A DNA stretch of 64,000 nucleotides from an uncultured cyanobacterium (GTDB lineage Bacteria; Cyanobacteriota; Cyanobacteriia; Phormidesmidales; Phormidesmidaceae): the NCBI GenBank assembly GCA_963793265.1, contig CAWBZI010000007.1, positions 1 to 64,000 of the forward strand, given 5' to 3'. The notes beneath the pieces are model-generated. The model was given only the letters and a program-made list of their open reading frames with translations, was not told where the DNA came from and did not search any database. The position numbers and the translations under genes are program-made. Below, one piece after another: positions 59,400 through 64,000 of the stretch. How positions within the stretch are numbered: position 1 is the stretch's first letter; every line of letters starts with the position of its first letter.

Positions 59400-62327
59400 G
59401 TGCGATCGCCCTCATTGACAGGGCTGCGCGATTACCTCTGCTACTACCTCAAGGGAACTAATCACTTCGGTGTCCGGTCGTTTTCAGTGTCAAACAAGAC
59501 TCAGGCATCTCCCTTGGCACCTACCCTCACTCCCCAAGTTCAAGACTTGCTGTCACGCTCGTTTGCTCAACCTCAGGGCGCGATCCACGGCGCAAAGGCG
59601 CTCAATGCTGAAGGTCTAGGGCTGCATCAGCTTGTAGAGGCTCAAGCAGCGCAAACGCCTGACGCGATCGCCCTGGTTCATGAAAAACAAACGTTTACCT
59701 ACCGGCAAATTAACGAGCGATCTAATCAGCTCGCGCACTATTTAATTAAGCTAGGTGTGCAGACAGAGCAGCTAATTGCGATTAGTTTGGTGCGATCGCC
59801 CGACATGCTCATCGCCTTCCTCGGCATTCTCAAAGCCGGAGCCGCCTATGTTCCAATCGACCCCAACTATCCAGAGGCGCGCCGCCAATACATTCTTACC
59901 GACGCCCAGGTTGAAATTACGCTAACGCATAGCGATTTAGCTGACGCGCTATTCACGGAACGGGGCCAGACCATCTGTTTAGATCGAGCCGCCTCTGTTT
60001 TAGCCCAGCAGCCCAAAAGCAATCCTGATCTCAAAGTCAGCCCAAAACAGCTCGCCTACATCATTTACACATCAGGTTCTACAGGCAATCCTAAAGGCGT
60101 TATGGCCCATCACTTAGGGCTTGTAAACTACAGCCTGGCGCTAGCAGAAGCCTTGGAACTAACCGCCGCCGATCGGATGCTTCAGTTCTCGACAATGAGC
60201 TTCGACTTTATTGTCTCTGAGGTGTATCCAACACTAGCAACTGGCGGTGCTTTGGTGCTGCGCTCAGATGACATGGTGACTTCTACCAAAGCCTTTGTAG
60301 ATTTTGTTGCTGAGAATAAAGTCTCGGTCATTCAGTTCACCACCGCTTTTTGGCATGAGCTGGTGAGCGGCATTGATAGATTAGGCATTTCACTACCGCC
60401 AAGCCTGCGGTTGGTTTTGTTTGGTGGAGAGAAAGCCTCTTTGGCGCTTTGCAGGCAGTGGGTCGAGAAAGTAGGAGACTATCCAAGACTGTTTAACGCT
60501 TACGGCCCAACCGAAGCGACCGTGATTACGACGCTATACGACGCAGTAGCTGAAGGCTATGACGGCAGCCAGGACTTACCGATTGGTCGTGCGATTCGTA
60601 ATGCGCAAACCTACGTTTTAGATGAGAAGTTGAACCCGGTTGGCCCCGATGAATCGGGTGAGCTGTATATCGGCGGGCCGGGCGTTACGAATGGCTATTT
60701 GAACCTGCCAGAGAAGACCGCGAACGTTTTTATCGGGAGTCCCTTTCAGACGGGCGATCGCCTCTATAAAACAGGCGACTTAGTGAAAATGGATGAGAGT
60801 GGCCTAATTGAATTTGTAGGCCGAGCTGACTTTCAGGTAAAGATTCGAGGCTTTCGGATTGAACTCGGTGAGATTGAGAGCTGCTTGGATCGCTATGAGG
60901 CGATAGAGCACCGGATCGTAATTGCGCGTGAGGATACGCCCGGCGATAAGCGACTGGTGGCTTATGTGGTTACTAAGGGCGGGCACACGTTGGATATAAC
61001 AGCGCTAAAAGAGCACCTTAAAGCAGAGCTACCTAGCTTTATGATGCCTGCGGCAATTGTTGTAATGCCGGAGCTGCCAAAGAATGCGAATGGCAAGATT
61101 GATCGGAAGGCGCTGCCTGTGCCGGTTCAGGAGGATGCGCAGCGATCGCTTGTGTCGGCGCGATCGCCCCTAGAAGAAAAACTCGTCACCCTCTGGAAAT
61201 CAGTATTAAACCTTGATACAGTCGGCGTCACCGATGACTTCTTCGACCTTGGCGGCAACTCTCTGCTAGTCATGCGACTGTTCAGCGAGCTAGAGGCTTT
61301 GTTCGATCAGCGCCTGCCCCTAGTGGAGATTTTCGCGGCCCCAACGATTGAGAAAATGGCTGAGCGACTAGAGCAGATAACGGTAGTCGAAACGACTGCT
61401 ACTGATGAAAGCAAAGCAGAAGCTTCCACCTTTTCTCATTGTGATTCGCTGGTGCCGCTAAGAATAGGAACGGTTTATCCACCGCTGTTTTTGGTTCATG
61501 ATGTGGATGGTGATACGGCGCTGTATTTGCATTTAGCCCGGCGGTTGGAGCGCGATCGCACCGTATACGCTATCAGACCTCAGCGGCTCTGGCAGCGAAT
61601 GGACTGTAGCGACGACGCGCCTTTAGCCCATAGCCGCGTTGTTGAATTTGCACAGCACTGTGTAGAACAAATGCGTCTGGTGCAACCAGTCGGCCCTTAT
61701 TTAATAGGCGGCTTATGTGCAGGCGGGGTCATTGCCTTCGAGACAGCCCGCCAGTTAGAAGCGGCTGAAGAGAACGTTGTTTTAACGCTGATGGACGCAC
61801 CTGCACCAAATGCCCAAAAACGAGCTGGACTAATTGCCGATCAGCGCTTAGAAAACTTAGGTAACGTATGGTCTACAAATAAGAACCCGCTGCAAGTTGC
61901 TATTAAAATCTGGCAAAAAGGCACTAACGCCCTTCGCTACGAAATCTCTTCTACTTACAACAAAGTGCAGTCCTGTGCCCGCGCTCACACCTTCCAATGG
62001 TTCCAAGACAAAGCGCTACCCATACCCAGCATCCTACAGAGCCTGTCTGCAAGAAGCCTTATTCTGTTTGCCTACCACACCTACCACATTGAAAAACCCT
62101 TCAAAGGCAAGGTTTTGTTGGTTAGAGCAACAGCAGGCAACGGTACTAAGGAAGACGCGGCCTATGTTTCAGAATACGAAGATTCGATGTTCGGATGGAG
62201 CCCCTATGTACAGCAACCTATCGAGGTGACTGATGTACCGGGCGGCCATTCTACGATGCTCGGCAGCGACAAGGCCCAGTTCATTTCCAAGGCGCTAGAA
62301 ATCTTCATCAAAAAGTCTCTCAGGTGA
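59400..62327 (+). CDS. Stand-alone NRPS-like enzyme, A-PCP-TE; true start may be GTG 59487
   Basis: YTSGSTGNPKG, NAYGPTE, YKTGD, QVKIRGFRIELGEIE, NGKIDR; PCP FFDLGGNSL; TE GPYLIGGLCAGG...VPGGHSTML. Confidence 0.95.
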   Translation: MRSPSLTGLRDYLCYYLKGTNHFGVRSFSVSNKTQASPLAPTLTPQVQDLLSRSFAQPQGAIHGAKALNAEGLGLHQLVEAQAAQTPDAIALVHEKQTFTYRQINERSNQLAHYLIKLGVQTEQLIAISLVRSPDMLIAFLGILKAGAAYVPIDPNYPEARRQYILTDAQVEITLTHSDLADALFTERGQTICLDRAASVLAQQPKSNPDLKVSPKQLAYIIYTSGSTGNPKGVMAHHLGLVNYSLALAEALELTAADRMLQFSTMSFDFIVSEVYPTLATGGALVLRSDDMVTSTKAFVDFVAENKVSVIQFTTAFWHELVSGIDRLGISLPPSLRLVLFGGEKASLALCRQWVEKVGDYPRLFNAYGPTEATVITTLYDAVAEGYDGSQDLPIGRAIRNAQTYVLDEKLNPVGPDESGELYIGGPGVTNGYLNLPEKTANVFIGSPFQTGDRLYKTGDLVKMDESGLIEFVGRADFQVKIRGFRIELGEIESCLDRYEAIEHRIVIAREDTPGDKRLVAYVVTKGGHTLDITALKEHLKAELPSFMMPAAIVVMPELPKNANGKIDRKALPVPVQEDAQRSLVSARSPLEEKLVTLWKSVLNLDTVGVTDDFFDLGGNSLLVMRLFSELEALFDQRLPLVEIFAAPTIEKMAERLEQITVVETTATDESKAEASTFSHCDSLVPLRIGTVYPPLFLVHDVDGDTALYLHLARRLERDRTVYAIRPQRLWQRMDCSDDAPLAHSRVVEFAQHCVEQMRLVQPVGPYLIGGLCAGGVIAFETARQLEAAEENVVLTLMDAPAPNAQKRAGLIADQRLENLGNVWSTNKNPLQVAIKIWQKGTNALRYEISSTYNKVQSCARAHTFQWFQDKALPIPSILQSLSARSLILFAYHTYHIEKPFKGKVLLVRATAGNGTKEDAAYVSEYEDSMFGWSPYVQQPIEVTDVPGGHSTMLGSDKAQFISKALEIFIKKSLR

Positions 62328-62333
62328 ATATCG

Positions 62334-63407
62334 ATGTTCACCAATGAGCACGCATTGTTTAGTTCATACTCTTTCACTTCACCCTTCACCCGCTCTATGA
62401 TTGCCACCACTCAAAACGTATCTTCGCCTAATTACGCCAAACCGCTTATCAACTGGAGTCCTTCAAACTACGCCGCCTTTGGCCGCAAAACGCAGCTTTT
62501 CGATCACGGCTACCACCAGCTTCCGCTATTTGAAAAGGCATCTCTAATCGCCCTGCTCGACAGCTACCCGCGCGCCTGCCTTCAGGCTTTTACAATGGGC
62601 ACTGATAAAACCCAGCGCTCGGACTGGAAAAGCGTTGACATTCACCCTGATAGCAAGGGCGCAGATCTTTGGGCGGCAGTAGAGAAAGGTCGCCTGTGGC
62701 TAAATATTATTTCGCTTGAAAAGCACTCTCAAGCGTATGCCGAGCTAGTCAAAGGTATGTACTCCCATTTAGACGAGTACTGCCCGCACTTAGGAGACTT
62801 GATTGCTAGCTACACCACTATGCTCATTTCTTCGCCGGGCGCGCAGGTGTATTACCACATGGACGAGTCTCCTAACATGCTGTGGCACATCAGCGGCCAA
62901 AAACGCCTGTGGGTGTATCCTGCGATGGACTTACGGTTCGTACCACAAGACTTTTTAGAAGAGATTTATACGGGTGAGATTTCTGAATTCTTGCCCTACG
63001 ACCCTGAATTCGACGCGGCGGCTGAGAGCTTTTTGCTGACGCCTGGCAAGGTGGTTTCCTGGTCTCATAACGCGCCTCATCGGATTGAGAACCTGACGAT
63101 GAATGTGTCGATGACGACTAGCTTTCGGGCACATACTCAACGGCGGCGATCGCTCGTACAGCAGGCCAACCGCTACATCATGCGCAACTTAGGCGTGAAA
63201 AATCGCTCAATGAGAGAAGACGGCTTTAGATCGGCAACAAAGCGCTTTAGCTACAAAGTCATCAATAAGCTCAAGCCATTCAAACCGACTAAGCATCCTC
63301 ACGATGACTATGTGACCAATTTACAGATAGATCCCAGAGAGCCCAACGGCATTCGTATTCTTGATAAGGCTGTTGTTGCTTCTTTTTCTAAGGATCGCAA
63401 GGATTAG
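62334..63407 (+). CDS. JmjC-like/cupin Fe(II)-dependent oxygenase
   Basis: LISSPGAQVYYHMD...GQKRLWVYP...NAPHRIEN (HxD...H); 6 bp after the NRPS. Confidence 0.78.
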   Translation: MFTNEHALFSSYSFTSPFTRSMIATTQNVSSPNYAKPLINWSPSNYAAFGRKTQLFDHGYHQLPLFEKASLIALLDSYPRACLQAFTMGTDKTQRSDWKSVDIHPDSKGADLWAAVEKGRLWLNIISLEKHSQAYAELVKGMYSHLDEYCPHLGDLIASYTTMLISSPGAQVYYHMDESPNMLWHISGQKRLWVYPAMDLRFVPQDFLEEIYTGEISEFLPYDPEFDAAAESFLLTPGKVVSWSHNAPHRIENLTMNVSMTTSFRAHTQRRRSLVQQANRYIMRNLGVKNRSMREDGFRSATKRFSYKVINKLKPFKPTKHPHDDYVTNLQIDPREPNGIRILDKAVVASFSKDRKD

Positions 63408-63466
63408 GAAGGAGGAGCCGAAGGACGTAACCGCTGATAGCAGTGTTCTAGTTGGGCAAGAATTCT

Positions 63467-64000
63467 CTAATCTTCAAGAGTTTTGAGGCGATCGCAATCT
63501 CGATCGCCATTGATCTCTATGCTTTCAGGAAGCTTGGTTTTGCATAAAAAGGGAGGATTGACGCCTATTAACTGTGCCGCTGCTATCTCAGCGCTACCAA
63601 GATCGGCCTCAGCTAAGACTGCTTTATCAAGCTTTGCACCTTTCAAATCAGCGCCCGTCAGGTCGGCTCTCTCTAAGTTAGCGCCTTCTAAGTTAGCGCC
63701 TGAGAGCACAGCACTATCCAAAATCGCATCGCTAAGATCGGTGCACTGTTCAGGTTCACGGTCAGGACGTTCAGGTTTTCTGGGCGCGCAGTGAAGATCG
63801 GCCTTTGTCAAGTTAGCTTCTGTTAAGTCAGCCTTAGGGAGCAAAACGCCTCTCATTTCAGCATTGGTTAAGTCTGCATTGTTCAGCTTTACCTCGCTCA
63901 TCTCAGCCCGCCATAGCTGAACCGATGTCATTTTCGCATAGGTCAAGTCAGCTTTCCAAAGTCCTGCGTCCTGAAGCCGGGCACTCTTTAAATTTGCATA
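63467..64000 (-). CDS. Pentapeptide repeat protein, 5' end outside the window
   Basis: A(D/N)Lxx repeats; the frame stays open to the window edge. Confidence 0.92.
   Translation of the reverse strand, partial: YANLKSARLQDAGLWKADLTYAKMTSVQLWRAEMSEVKLNNADLTNAEMRGVLLPKADLTEANLTKADLHCAPRKPERPDREPEQCTDLSDAILDSAVLSGANLEGANLERADLTGADLKGAKLDKAVLAEADLGSAEIAAAQLIGVNPPFLCKTKLPESIEINGDRDCDRLKTLED

Noticed and set aside
59400..62327. MAA biosynthesis mysE
   Set aside because: Same domain order, but no DDG synthase, O-methyltransferase or MysC gene is adjacent

Overview
This is a chromosomal window from a cyanobacterium. The HIP1 octamer GCGATCGC is very frequent, and an hli gene and a Nif11-domain gene are present; the gene style suggests a Leptolyngbya/Phormidesmis-like filamentous strain, which is an inference. 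Housekeeping and transport genes (alaS, a monomeric-type icd, agcS, MFS, RND and Opp-type permeases) alternate with accessory blocks. Highlights: (1) an NHLP-type peptide export locus at 36.6-47.7 kb with a very short adaptor, two Cys-free double-glycine precursors, no modifying enzyme, and an adjacent CHASE2 kinase/response regulator pair, a candidate peptide signalling circuit; (2) a visible G/T-rich to C/A-rich compositional switch centred on many HIP1 sites regardless of gene strand; (3) a divergent cluster of a flavodoxin-ATP-grasp fusion, a GshB-like ligase and a cysteine dioxygenase; (4) a stand-alone A-PCP-TE NRPS with a Cys-type thioesterase next to a JmjC-like oxygenase; (5) two MITEs nested with GTAG-type REP doublets, disarmed toxin-antitoxin modules, gene debris and two single-base frameshifts. 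No rRNA, tRNA or CRISPR array was recognised. All family calls come from motif recognition by eye, not database searches.
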